Positions 42,889-52,017 of a stretch of 64,000 bases of DNA are shown piece by piece. How positions within the stretch are numbered: position 1 is the stretch's first letter; the number at the start of each line of letters is the position of its first letter. Position numbers and translations under genes: made by a program. The DNA is from Candidatus Daviesbacteria bacterium (GTDB lineage Bacteria; Patescibacteriota; Microgenomatia; Daviesbacterales; UBA10151). The notes under the pieces are model-generated. The model was not told the origin of the DNA, searched no databases, and worked only from the letters and a program-made list of their open reading frames with translations. The stretch lies in assembly GCA_016186955.1 (NCBI GenBank), contig JACPKP010000007.1:1962-65961 (forward strand). Direction: 5' to 3'.

Positions 42889-43004
42889 AAATTTTCAATT
42901 TAAAATTTACAATTTTCAATCAATGATTTAATGTTTAAATTTTGAAAATTAATCAAATGAAAATTCATTAAAAATTGAAAAATAAAAATTAAAAATTAAT
43001 TATT
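42889..43004 (+). repeat. AT-rich heptameric foldback element, copy 2
   Basis: First about 33 nt identical to copy 1. Confidence 0.85.
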
Positions 43005-43400
43005 ATGGATACAGTAGCCGATGCATTAACCAGAATAAAGAATGGATATATGGCCCGTAGGACCGAGGCGGTTTTGACATACTCAAAACTGGTTTTAGCA
43101 GTGCTCAAAGTTTTAGAAAAAGAGGGTTATATTGAAAATTTTAAAGAAAAAAAAGATGAGAAAAATAAAAATATTATTCAGATTTTAGTGGGGTTAAAGT
43201 ATGACGGCAAGAAGCCGGTTTTGACAGATCTTAAAAAGATTTCGAAACCCGGTTTGAGGGTATATAAAAGCAGCAAGAAGTTGCCCAGGGTTTTGAATGG
43301 TTTAGGTGTTGCAATAATTTCAACCCCAAAAGGGGTTATGACAGACAGACAAGCCAGAAAAGTTGGGCTCGGAGGAGAAATATTGGCGTATGTCTGGTAA
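43005..43400 (+). CDS. rpsH: 30S protein uS8
   Basis: ADALTRIKN, SKPGLRVY, STPKGVM. Confidence 0.97.
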   Translation: MDTVADALTRIKNGYMARRTEAVLTYSKLVLAVLKVLEKEGYIENFKEKKDEKNKNIIQILVGLKYDGKKPVLTDLKKISKPGLRVYKSSKKLPRVLNGLGVAIISTPKGVMTDRQARKVGLGGEILAYVW

Positions 43401-43462
43401 TCGGACTGAGCGTAGCGAAGGAGATCGCTTGCCACAATTGTGTAACCAATTGTGGACAAGGG
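43401..43462 (+). repeat. GAGATCGCTTG bulged-hairpin element
   Basis: TCGGACTGA...GAGATCGCTTGCCACAATTG-TGTAAC-CAATTGTGGACAAGGG. Confidence 0.85.
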
Positions 43463-43482
43463 TAAAGAAAGGATAAAAATTT

Positions 43483-44037
43483 ATGTCACGGATAGGGAAT
43501 GTGCCAATTACTATACCTGCAGGTGTTGATGTCCGGATAGATGGGCAAAATATTGCTGTGTCCGGTCCAAAAGGGGAACTTGAGATAGTTGTCCGTCCGG
43601 AACTAAAAATAGAAAAAGGGGATACTAAACTGTTAATCAAAACCATAAAACAGAACCGTATCTCCCGTTCTTTGCATGGTTTGACCCGGTCCCTGTTAAA
43701 TAATATGGTTTTGGGTGTCCATACAGGATGGATTAAAAATTTAGAGATGGTGGGAGTTGGGTACCGGGCTCAGGGAGGGGGAGATACATTAACGCTTAGT
43801 ATAGGATTTTCTCATCCTGTGACAGTCAAAGCGCCTGCAGGGATAACTTTTAGTGTTACGGACAATACCAAAATAACCGTTGCAGGCATTGATAAAAATC
43901 TGGTCGGGCAAACTGCGGCAAATATCAGGGCAGTAAAACCTCCGGAAGTATACAAAGGAAAAGGGATCAGGATGAGCGGTGAATATGTCAGGCGGAAACC
44001 AGGCAAGGCAGGTAAAGCCATAGGAGGAGCAAAATAA
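43483..44037 (+). CDS. rplF: 50S protein uL6
   Basis: SRIGNVPI, GVGYRA, PPEVYKGKGIR. Confidence 0.97.
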   Translation: MSRIGNVPITIPAGVDVRIDGQNIAVSGPKGELEIVVRPELKIEKGDTKLLIKTIKQNRISRSLHGLTRSLLNNMVLGVHTGWIKNLEMVGVGYRAQGGGDTLTLSIGFSHPVTVKAPAGITFSVTDNTKITVAGIDKNLVGQTAANIRAVKPPEVYKGKGIRMSGEYVRRKPGKAGKAIGGAK

Positions 44038-44038
44038 T

Positions 44039-44374
44039 ATGTATAAGATCAAGCGGATGCAAAAACATAAAAAGATCAGGAAGGATATATCAGGGACTCA
44101 AGATAGGCCTAGGCTAGCTGTGTTTAAATCCAGCCAGCATATTTATGCCCAGATTATTGATGATACACAAAATAAAACCCTGGTGGATGCGTCAGACCTC
44201 AAGATAAAAAATGGTAAAAAATCAGACAAGGCATCAATGGTCGGTGAAGAATTGGCTAAAAAAGCTGTCAAAAGAAACTTAAAAAAAGTTGTTTTTGACA
44301 GAGGTGGTTTTAGATACCATGGCAGGATAATGGCTTTAGCAGAAGCTGCAAGGAAGGGAGGACTAGAGTTCTGA
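44039..44374 (+). CDS. rplR: 50S protein uL18
   Basis: RPRLAVFKS, FDRGGFRYHGR. Confidence 0.97.
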   Translation: MYKIKRMQKHKKIRKDISGTQDRPRLAVFKSSQHIYAQIIDDTQNKTLVDASDLKIKNGKKSDKASMVGEELAKKAVKRNLKKVVFDRGGFRYHGRIMALAEAARKGGLEF

Positions 44375-44381
44375 GGAACTC

Positions 44382-44507
44382 AAATTTTCAAGTCACAATT
44401 TACAATTTTCAATAAATGATTTAATTTTAAATTTTAAACATTGAAAATTCATTGTAAATTGAAAACCTGTCTGCCGACAGGCAAGACTAAAAATTAAAAA
44501 TTAATTT
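44382..44507 (+). repeat. AT-rich heptameric foldback element, copy 3, with 21-nt palindrome at 44466-44486
   Basis: Near-identical to copy 4. Confidence 0.88.
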
Positions 44508-45020
44508 ATGGATCCAAGAAATAGGTTTAACAATCAAAGAAGGGGTTATAACAGGCCACCGCAAGAGCCCTCTGAATTTTTTGAAAAAGTAGTCCAGGTC
44601 AATAGGGTATCAAAAAAGACAAAGGGAGGAGATAAACGTTCGTTGTCTGTTTTGGTGGTCGTTGGGGATAAGAAAGGCAGGGTGGGTGTGGGCTTGGGCA
44701 AAGCGGCGGATGTCCAGTCAGCTGTCAGGAAAGCTACAGCCTATGCTAAAAAACATCTTTTCGCAGTCCCTTTAAAAAACAATCGGACAATTCCCCACAG
44801 CATATTTGTAAAACTGGGCGCTGCAAAGGTAATGATGAAGCCTGCATCGGAGGGGATAGGGGTGATTGCAGGGGGGGCAGTCAGGGTTGTGATGGAGGCG
44901 GCAGGCATCAAAGATATAATTTCAAAAGTATTGGGCACCAGTAACCAGGCATCTAATGTCTATGCAAGTTTGGAGGCGTTGAAGCAGCTTAAGCCTTTTG
45001 TAAAGAGGGGGGATAAATGA
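44508..45020 (+). CDS. rpsE: 30S protein uS5
   Basis: RVSKKTKGG, GIGVIAGG. Confidence 0.97.
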   Translation: MDPRNRFNNQRRGYNRPPQEPSEFFEKVVQVNRVSKKTKGGDKRSLSVLVVVGDKKGRVGVGLGKAADVQSAVRKATAYAKKHLFAVPLKNNRTIPHSIFVKLGAAKVMMKPASEGIGVIAGGAVRVVMEAAGIKDIISKVLGTSNQASNVYASLEALKQLKPFVKRGDK

Positions 45021-45472
45021 AATTACATAAATTACCAAAACTGAAAGCCAGGCCTAAAAAACGCCTCGGGAGGGGTTTGGGTTCAGGTAAAGGAAAAACC
45101 GGCGGGAGAGGACAAAAAGGCCAGAAAGCACGCGGAAAGATTCCTGCAGCCAATGTCGGCGGAGGCCTGATTTTATATAAAAAACTGCCCTTCCGGAGGG
45201 GGTTAAGCCGGAAAGGCGGTAACCCGCCCCGTTTGCCAAAACCTATATTAATTAGTCTTTCCAGCTTAAATCAGGTTAAAGCAAAAACACATATTAATAT
45301 AGATACTTTGATTGAAAATGGTTTGATTAAGGCAAAAGATGCTAAAATTAGGGGAGTTAAAATATTAGCCAACGGTAAATTACAGATACCGCTTGTAGTT
45401 GAGCTGCCTGTAAGCAAAAAAGCCAAGGAGTTAATTGAAAAGGCCGGAGGTAATATTGGAATTATAGGTTAA
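45017..45472 (+). CDS. rplO: 50S protein uL15
   Basis: RLGRGLGSGKGKTGGRGQKGQKAR. Confidence 0.96.
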   Translation: MKLHKLPKLKARPKKRLGRGLGSGKGKTGGRGQKGQKARGKIPAANVGGGLILYKKLPFRRGLSRKGGNPPRLPKPILISLSSLNQVKAKTHINIDTLIENGLIKAKDAKIRGVKILANGKLQIPLVVELPVSKKAKELIEKAGGNIGIIG

Positions 45473-45475
45473 TTG

Positions 45476-46765
45476 ATGAATAAGATATTTGCCCCTCTGC
45501 TCAATGCATTTAAAATACCGGATCTCAGAAAAAAAATTCTGATCTCTATCCTCATTTTAATAATTTTCAGGATAGCTGCCTATATTCCAGTCAGTGGTGT
45601 GGACCTTGTAGGGCTGCGCGATTTATTTACAAATAATGAATTTTTAGGCCTTTTGGATATTTTCTCAGGAGGGACTCTGGCAAACTTTTCAGTGATTGCC
45701 TTAGGGTTAAACCCGTATATTAATGCGTCGATTATTATCCAGCTTTTAACAATGGTTTTTCCAAAACTTGAAGCAATGAGCAAAGAAGGGGAACAGGGCA
45801 GACAAAAAATAACCCAATACACCCGTTATTTGACAGTGCCTTTAGCAGTCGTCCAGGCGATAGGTATGGTTACCCTTTTGAAAAAACAGGATCTTATAAC
45901 CGTTTCTACACCTGTTGATATCCTGGCGATTATTATCGGGATGACAGCAGGCACCCTGTTTTTAATGTGGTTGGGAGAACTTTTAACTGAATACGGGATA
46001 GGTAACGGCATTTCAGTTTTGATTTTTGCAGGCATTGTGGCGAGAGCGCCTGTGGTGCTTTTCCAAACAGCATCAGTGGTGCAGCAGCAACAGGTCATTA
46101 ACCTGTTAATTTTTGCAGGTGTGGCAATTCTAATTATAGCAGGCGTTGTTTTTGTCAACGAAGGCAGAAGACAGATTCTGGTGCAGTATGCCAGAAGATA
46201 TTCCGGCGCCAGACAGGTTGCAGCATCCCACACATACCTGCCGCTTAGAGTAAACCAGGCAGGAGTTATACCGATCATTTTTGCAGTTTCACTGGTTTTA
46301 ATACCTTCTTTCGGAGGGCAGTTTTTAACGCAACTCCCCCAACCTTTTTTCCAGCAGGTAGGATATTTCTTAAACGCAAATTTTCAACCCAGGTCTTTGG
46401 TTTATAACCTTGTTTACTTTATTCTTGTTATAGGGTTTACTTATTTTTACACGGCGGTAGTTTTTAACCCGACAAAAATTGCAGACGAGATTAAAAAATA
46501 TGGTGGATTTATCCCGGGAATCAGGCCGGGGAGTGCCACAGCCAGTTACTTAAATTATATCTTAGTGAGGATTACTTTGGCTGGCGCTGTATTCTTGGGG
46601 ATGATTGCTATTCTGCCTTCAATGATCTCGCAATTGACTGACATTTCAACGTTGGTGGTTGGAGGCACCTCGCTTTTGATCGTAGTTTCAGTAATATTGG
46701 ATACTGCCAAACAGTTTGAAAGCAAGCTGATTGAACGAAATTATGAAGGGTTTTTGAAAAAGTGA
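45476..46765 (+). CDS. secY: Preprotein translocase SecY
   Basis: [32 protein letters not shown]. Confidence 0.98.
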   Translation: MNKIFAPLLNAFKIPDLRKKILISILILIIFRIAAYIPVSGVDLVGLRDLFTNNEFLGLLDIFSGGTLANFSVIALGLNPYINASIIIQLLTMVFPKLEAMSKEGEQGRQKITQYTRYLTVPLAVVQAIGMVTLLKKQDLITVSTPVDILAIIIGMTAGTLFLMWLGELLTEYGIGNGISVLIFAGIVARAPVVLFQTASVVQQQQVINLLIFAGVAILIIAGVVFVNEGRRQILVQYARRYSGARQVAASHTYLPLRVNQAGVIPIIFAVSLVLIPSFGGQFLTQLPQPFFQQVGYFLNANFQPRSLVYNLVYFILVIGFTYFYTAVVFNPTKIADEIKKYGGFIPGIRPGSATASYLNYILVRITLAGAVFLGMIAILPSMISQLTDISTLVVGGTSLLIVVSVILDTAKQFESKLIERNYEGFLKK

Positions 46766-47313
46766 AAATTTTAATCACCGGTCCGCAGGGTTCTGGTAAA
46801 ACAACCCACGCCAAAATTGTGGCAGAAAAATTTAATTTATGTTTTATCAAAACCGGGGACTTGGTGAGGAATAAAGCTTTAGAAAATAGTGATGAAGGAA
46901 GAAAGTTGAAAGAGGCTTTGGATAAAGGTGAGTTGGCAGATGATAGGATTATTGCAAATTTAGTAGAAAATGCGTTGGTACAACAAAATTGCAAAGATAA
47001 TTTTGTAATGGATGGTTATCCCAGGCGGCTGCCCCAGCTTCAGGTTTTTGACCCTGGTTTTGATAAGGTTTTTTATTTGGACTTATCTGATGAGATGGCA
47101 GTAGAGAGGATGCTGAAAAGAAGCAGGGAGGATGATACTCCTCAATTAATTCAACAAAGGCTAATGTTGTACCATCGGGAAACTGAAAAAGCGCTAAAGT
47201 ACTATCAAACTATGGGAATTTTAATAAAAATTAATGCAGCAAGAAGTATTGGAGAAGTTGCTGGAGATATAGTGGACCATTTAAAAAGACATGGCAATAA
47301 ATACAAGGACTAA
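46762..47313 (+). CDS. adk: Adenylate kinase (short type)
   Basis: [18 protein letters not shown]. Confidence 0.93.
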   Translation: MKILITGPQGSGKTTHAKIVAEKFNLCFIKTGDLVRNKALENSDEGRKLKEALDKGELADDRIIANLVENALVQQNCKDNFVMDGYPRRLPQLQVFDPGFDKVFYLDLSDEMAVERMLKRSREDDTPQLIQQRLMLYHRETEKALKYYQTMGILIKINAARSIGEVAGDIVDHLKRHGNKYKD

Positions 47314-48091
47314 GGGAGAACTGGCGCTAATGAGAAAGAGTGGGGTTATTACTGCCAGGGCGTTGGGAGAAGTCTTGAAGAATGTCCGTGAAGGTATTAG
47401 CCTGATAGAATTGGAAAAAGTTGCGGAAAACCAGGTTGTCAAGTTGGGAGGAGAACCTTCATTTAAAACCGTCCCTGGTTACAGATGGACTTCCTGCTTG
47501 ACTATCAACAATGAGGTTGTACACGGAATCCCAAGGGATATTAAGTTGAAAAATGGTGATATCTTAAGTGTTGATTTAGGCGCAGTTTTTAAAGGCTGGC
47601 ATACGGATGCTGCATGGAGTGTGGTGGTGGGAAGTCAAAAGTCAAAAGCCCGTTTGCCGAACGGGCAGGTCAAAAGTCAAAATGATGAAAAAGAGAAATT
47701 TTTAGCAGTGGGGGAAGAGGCTCTATGGAAGGGGATTGGGCAGGCAGTGGATGGTAATAGAATAGGTGATATCTCCGGGGTTATACAGGAAGTTGTGGAG
47801 AGCGCAGGTTATTCAGTTGTGCGGGCGCTGGTAGGGCATGGGGTGGGCAGGGAGCTGCATGAAGACCCCGAAGTGCCGGGATATGGTAAAAAAAGTACAG
47901 GGCTCAAACTTATTGCAGGCATGACGCTTGCGGTAGAGGTGATTTACACCAGCGGGAAACCTGATGTAGTTTTGGATCCTGATGGTTGGACTATCACTAC
48001 TGCAGATGGAAGCCTGGGTGGACTTTTTGAGATGAGTGTGGTGGTAGGTGTAAAACAAGCTGAAGCGCTGACGGATTGGAGACAAAAGTGA
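47291..48091 (+). CDS. map: Methionine aminopeptidase type I with repeat insertion
   Basis: EVVHGIP, DLG..HTDAA, GHGVG..LHEDP. Confidence 0.95.
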   Translation: MAINTRTKGELALMRKSGVITARALGEVLKNVREGISLIELEKVAENQVVKLGGEPSFKTVPGYRWTSCLTINNEVVHGIPRDIKLKNGDILSVDLGAVFKGWHTDAAWSVVVGSQKSKARLPNGQVKSQNDEKEKFLAVGEEALWKGIGQAVDGNRIGDISGVIQEVVESAGYSVVRALVGHGVGRELHEDPEVPGYGKKSTGLKLIAGMTLAVEVIYTSGKPDVVLDPDGWTITTADGSLGGLFEMSVVVGVKQAEALTDWRQK

Positions 48092-48139
48092 CTATGGGTT
48101 GTTTTTTGAATTTAAAACTGCTACAATTGTAAGGTTAAT

Positions 48140-48391
48140 ATGGATGACCAGATACCGGATTTAATTAAAGTGCAGGGAGTAGTCAGGGAGGTTTTGCCGA
48201 ACACTTTATTCCGGGTTGAAGTCACCGGTTCCGCGGATCTGCCTGAACTGACTAGCCGGGTGATTTTATGTCACATATCTGGTAAAATGCGTAGGCACTA
48301 TATCAGGCTGTTGGCAGGAGATAGGGTTGAGGTAGAGATGAGCCCGAAATATGATCTTGATAAAGGACGAATTACTTTTAGATTAAAGTGA
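48140..48391 (+). CDS. infA: Translation initiation factor IF-1
   Basis: [25 protein letters not shown]. Confidence 0.96.
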   Translation: MDDQIPDLIKVQGVVREVLPNTLFRVEVTGSADLPELTSRVILCHISGKMRRHYIRLLAGDRVEVEMSPKYDLDKGRITFRLK

Positions 48392-48392
48392 T

Positions 48393-48509
48393 ATGAGAGT
48401 ACAAGCAAGCGTTAAAACCAGATGCAAGTTTTGTAAATTTGTGCGCAGGGAGGGCGTATTGTTTGTAATATGCCCGCGTGACCCAAAACACAAGCAGAGG
48501 CAGGGATAA
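48393..48509 (+). CDS. rpmJ: 50S protein bL36 (absent from the ORF track)
   Basis: [38 protein letters not shown]. Confidence 0.95.
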   Translation: MRVQASVKTRCKFCKFVRREGVLFVICPRDPKHKQRQG

Positions 48510-48512
48510 ATT

Positions 48513-48908
48513 ATGGCACGTATCGCAGGAGTGGATTTACCAAATGAAAAAAGGGCGGATATCGGGCTTACTTACATCTATGGTGTAGGCAGGTCTAATG
48601 TTGTGCAAATTTTGGAAAAAGCAGGAGTGGATGGCAGCAAAAGGATTAAAGATTTAAGTGAGGAAGAGGTTAATAAATTAGCTAAAGCTTTGGAGGGGAT
48701 TACAGTTGAAGGAGACCTGCAGAGAGAGATTGAACAAAATATCAAAAGGTTGGAGGAGATCGGAAGTTACCGGGGTTTGAGGCACAGAAAAGGGTTGCCG
48801 GTTAGAGGCCAGAGGACCAGGTCAAACGCCAGGACTAAAAAAGGCAAGAGAAAAACAGTAGGCACTGTCAGAAAGGAAGTTACAGCCAAAACGATGCCGA
48901 AGCAATGA
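48513..48908 (+). CDS. rpsM: 30S protein uS13
   Basis: [26 protein letters not shown]. Confidence 0.97.
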   Translation: MARIAGVDLPNEKRADIGLTYIYGVGRSNVVQILEKAGVDGSKRIKDLSEEEVNKLAKALEGITVEGDLQREIEQNIKRLEEIGSYRGLRHRKGLPVRGQRTRSNARTKKGKRKTVGTVRKEVTAKTMPKQ

Positions 48909-48934
48909 GGCATCGTCCTGAACAAGAAGGAAAC

Positions 48935-49330
48935 ATGGCAAAGAAAACAATTATAACAAAGAAAAAGATTACAACCGGAAAGCATATAAGCGCTGGAAGG
49001 ATCTACGTGACCGCCACCTTCAATAATACGCTGGTTACCCTAACTGATATGAATGGTCAGACTTTAGCTTGGAGCTCTTCAGGAAATGCCGGTTTTAAAG
49101 GAGCCAGGAAAGCCACGCCTTTTGCTGCAATCAGCGCTATTGAGAAGGTGGCGAAAAAAGGCAAAGAGGGTGGGTTGGCCACGGTTGAGGTATTTATCAA
49201 AGGCCCGGGGCCAGGAAGGGATGCTGCGATCAGGGCTTTAAGGAATGCCGGTTTAAATATTACTATGATTGCAGATGTAACGCCTGTACCGCATAACGGC
49301 CCAAGGGCTAAGAAAAGGAGAAGAGTATAA
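48935..49330 (+). CDS. rpsK: 30S protein uS11 (start refined)
   Basis: [22 protein letters not shown]. Confidence 0.97.
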   Translation: MAKKTIITKKKITTGKHISAGRIYVTATFNNTLVTLTDMNGQTLAWSSSGNAGFKGARKATPFAAISAIEKVAKKGKEGGLATVEVFIKGPGPGRDAAIRALRNAGLNITMIADVTPVPHNGPRAKKRRRV

Positions 49331-49333
49331 ACT

Positions 49334-49458
49334 AAATTTTCAAGTCACAATTTACAATTTTCAATCAATGATTTAATTCTTAAATTTTAAACATTGAAAA
49401 TTCATTAAAAATTGAAAACCTGTCTGCCGACAGGCAAGACTGAAAATTAAAAATTATT
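49334..49458 (+). repeat. AT-rich heptameric foldback element, copy 4, with 21-nt palindrome at 49419-49439
   Basis: Near-identical to copy 3. Confidence 0.88.
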
Positions 49459-50061
49459 ATGTCTCGCTATACAGGACCAAAACGAAGATTATCAAAAAGA
49501 GAAGGGGTGGCGCTATTTGCTAAAGATGCTAAAGCGCTGGAAAGAAAAGGTGCAGTCCCTCCCGGGATGAGGGGTACAAAAGTCAGGCCCAGATTTTCAG
49601 AATACAGTTTTCAGCTTAGGGAAAAGCAAAAAACCAAAAGGATTTTTGGTTTAAATGAGAGGCAGTTCAGGAATACTTTTAATGAGGCTTCGAAATCTAA
49701 AGGTGCGACAGGCAACAGGTTGCTTGAACTTTTAGAAAGAAGGTTGGATAATGTAGTTTATAGGTTGGGGTTTGTAAAATCCAGGGCTGAAGCAAGGCAA
49801 ATAGTTACGCATGGGCACATTACTGTTGACGGCAAAAAGGTAAGTATTCCGTCATTTAAGGTGAAAACAAACTCAGTAGTTGCAATTTCACCTAAATTTG
49901 TGGATAATACACAAGTACAAAAAAGCCTAGAGGAAAATACACCGGTTCCTGGATGGCTTTCAAGAAAGGCAACGGTAGGCAAGATTTTACGGGTTCCGGA
50001 ACGGCAAGAGATGGAAAGTATAGTAAATGAGCAGCTGATAGTAGAGTACTATAGTAGGTAA
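49459..50061 (+). CDS. rpsD: 30S protein uS4
   Basis: LERRLDNVVYRLG, ARQIVTHGH, VEYYSR. Confidence 0.97.
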   Translation: MSRYTGPKRRLSKREGVALFAKDAKALERKGAVPPGMRGTKVRPRFSEYSFQLREKQKTKRIFGLNERQFRNTFNEASKSKGATGNRLLELLERRLDNVVYRLGFVKSRAEARQIVTHGHITVDGKKVSIPSFKVKTNSVVAISPKFVDNTQVQKSLEENTPVPGWLSRKATVGKILRVPERQEMESIVNEQLIVEYYSR

Positions 50062-50067
50062 CATGAT

Positions 50068-50268
50068 ATGAGTTGTGAAAACTTAGATTTAAAAAGATTA
50101 ACAGGTGAAGAGTTATTTCATTTGATGGATCATCATCAGGATGGAATATGGTTGGCAACTGAAGAAATGCTGCAACACTGTAAGTCAAGTGGTGACATTA
50201 TGCGTGAGCTAGAAGAAAGAAATTTATTTGCAAAATATTTGGATCAAAGAGTTCAAAAGTTAATATGA
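50068..50268 (+). CDS. Small hypothetical protein between rpsD and rpoA
   Basis: Fills the gap; ATGA overlap with rpoA. Confidence 0.55.
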   Translation: MSCENLDLKRLTGEELFHLMDHHQDGIWLATEEMLQHCKSSGDIMRELEERNLFAKYLDQRVQKLI

Positions 50269-51179
50269 TTAAATTTAAAATAAAAACTGAAAATGAAAAA
50301 GAAAATTATGCCAAAGTGGTAATCGAACCGCTTGAGCAGGGCTACGGGCATACGCTGGGTAATAGTTTAAGGCGCTGTATGCTTAATTCCCTGCCCGGGG
50401 CTGCCATCACTTCTGTCAAAATTGCAGGGGTATCCCACCAGTTTTCTACAATCCCCGGAGTAGTAGAAGATGTAATTGAAATGATCCTAAACCTCAAAAA
50501 AGTCAGGGTTAAAGTGTTTGGTGAAAAATCTATCCGGTTGTCTTTGCAAAAAAGCGGAAAAGGCGAGGTTAGGGCTCGGGATATTGATACTTTAGGCCAA
50601 GGTGAAATTGTCAATGGCGACCAGCATATTGCCACCATAACAGACCCCAAGGTGAAACTTAATATGGAGATGACTTGTGAACTGGGAACGGGATATGTAC
50701 CTGCAGACGAGAGGAAGCTCAATGAAATTGGAGTTATCCCGACTGATGCTATTTATACCCCGGTCTTTTCGGTAAACTATACTGTGGATCAGACACGTGT
50801 CGGCAGGCGCACGGATTTTGACAGCCTGGTTTTAGAGGTGACGACCGATGGTACGATTGAACCGCAAGCAGCGGTTGAAAAAGCTGCGCGGATATTGGCC
50901 GGTTATTTTAAACAGGTTTATGAGCCGGAAGAGGAAGTTATAGCAGAAGTGCAAACCCCAAGTTTTGTATCGGATGATCTGCTCAAATCTTCTGTTGAAG
51001 AGTTGGATCTGCCGGTCAGGATAACCAATGCATTGAAGGCTATTGAGATTGATACAATAGGCAAACTTTTGACCATGCCGGCCCAACAACTTATGAAGGC
51101 AAAAAACCTTGGTGCAAAATCCCTGACACTGATTTCAGAAAAGCTTGCAGAGAGGGGGCTGTCTTTAGGTGAGGCATAA
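50265..51179 (+). CDS. rpoA: RNA polymerase alpha subunit
   Basis: EPLEQGYGHTLGNSLRR, TRVGRRTDFD, alpha-CTD. Confidence 0.97.
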   Translation: MIKFKIKTENEKENYAKVVIEPLEQGYGHTLGNSLRRCMLNSLPGAAITSVKIAGVSHQFSTIPGVVEDVIEMILNLKKVRVKVFGEKSIRLSLQKSGKGEVRARDIDTLGQGEIVNGDQHIATITDPKVKLNMEMTCELGTGYVPADERKLNEIGVIPTDAIYTPVFSVNYTVDQTRVGRRTDFDSLVLEVTTDGTIEPQAAVEKAARILAGYFKQVYEPEEEVIAEVQTPSFVSDDLLKSSVEELDLPVRITNALKAIEIDTIGKLLTMPAQQLMKAKNLGAKSLTLISEKLAERGLSLGEA

Positions 51180-51588
51180 GGTATATGGTAAGCGCCTCGG
51201 TAGAGATAAGAATGCAAGGAACGCACTTTTTAAAAACCTAGTGCGTTCTCTGGTTTTGTGGGAAAAAATTGAAACTACAGAAGCTAAAGCAAAAGCTGTA
51301 AAAGGGCTGGTTGATAAACTGATCAATGCTGCTAAAACTCCAAACACCAGGAGGTTAGTTTCCCAGTTTTTGATTGATAAAAAAGCGCAGGAAAAATTAA
51401 TTAAAGACCTATCCCCCAGGCTTGGAAGCAGAAATTGTGGGTATACATCAGTTATTAAACTGGGGAAAAGATTGGGGGATAGGGCGATGATGGTAGAGAT
51501 GAGGTTGTTAACAGAAGAACCAAAGGCGCAGGTTTCTAAAGAGTTAGTGAAGAAACCAACTGCGAGAGGAGTGAAAAAAGAAGTTTGA
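51169..51588 (+). CDS. rplQ: 50S protein bL17
   Basis: MRHK..GKRLGR, IETTEAKAK, RLGDRA. Confidence 0.95.
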   Translation: MRHKVYGKRLGRDKNARNALFKNLVRSLVLWEKIETTEAKAKAVKGLVDKLINAAKTPNTRRLVSQFLIDKKAQEKLIKDLSPRLGSRNCGYTSVIKLGKRLGDRAMMVEMRLLTEEPKAQVSKELVKKPTARGVKKEV

Positions 51589-51591
51589 TCT

Positions 51592-52017
51592 ATGTCTACG
51601 AATGTTTTATCAGCAAAAGATATAAAGCGGGATTGGCATTTAATTGATGCAGAAGGGAAAATATTGGGCAGGCTGGCAACGGATGTGGCGGTTAAGCTTT
51701 CGGGAAAACATAAGCCTTCCAGAGTACCATATTTGGATACAGGGGATTTTGTGGTAGTGACTAATGCTGCAAAAGTCCGTGTTACAGGGAAAAAAGCCCA
51801 GCAAAAAAAATATGTCCGTCATTCCGGTTATCCCGGGGGTTTGAGAGAGGAAACTTTTAGCAAGCTTTTAGTCCGCCGGCCGGAGGAGGTAATAAGACAT
51901 GCTGTCAAAGGAATGCTGCCAAAGACAAGTTTGGGAAGAGCGATGATTACTAAATTGCATATTTTTGCCGGGAGTGAACACCCGTTTGAAAAACAATTGG
52001 AGACAAAAGATGCCTGA
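51592..52017 (+). CDS. rplM: 50S protein uL13
   Basis: LGRLAT, DTGDFVVVTNA, HSGYPGG. Confidence 0.97.
   Translation: MSTNVLSAKDIKRDWHLIDAEGKILGRLATDVAVKLSGKHKPSRVPYLDTGDFVVVTNAAKVRVTGKKAQQKKYVRHSGYPGGLREETFSKLLVRRPEEVIRHAVKGMLPKTSLGRAMITKLHIFAGSEHPFEKQLETKDA

Noticed and set aside
45017-45020. rpmD (uL30) missing between rpsE and rplO
   Set aside because: Known general feature of CPR bacteria; used only as a taxonomic hint.
41171-49458. Dispersed repeats considered as a CRISPR array
   Set aside because: There is no regular repeat-spacer period; the copies are separated by whole genes.
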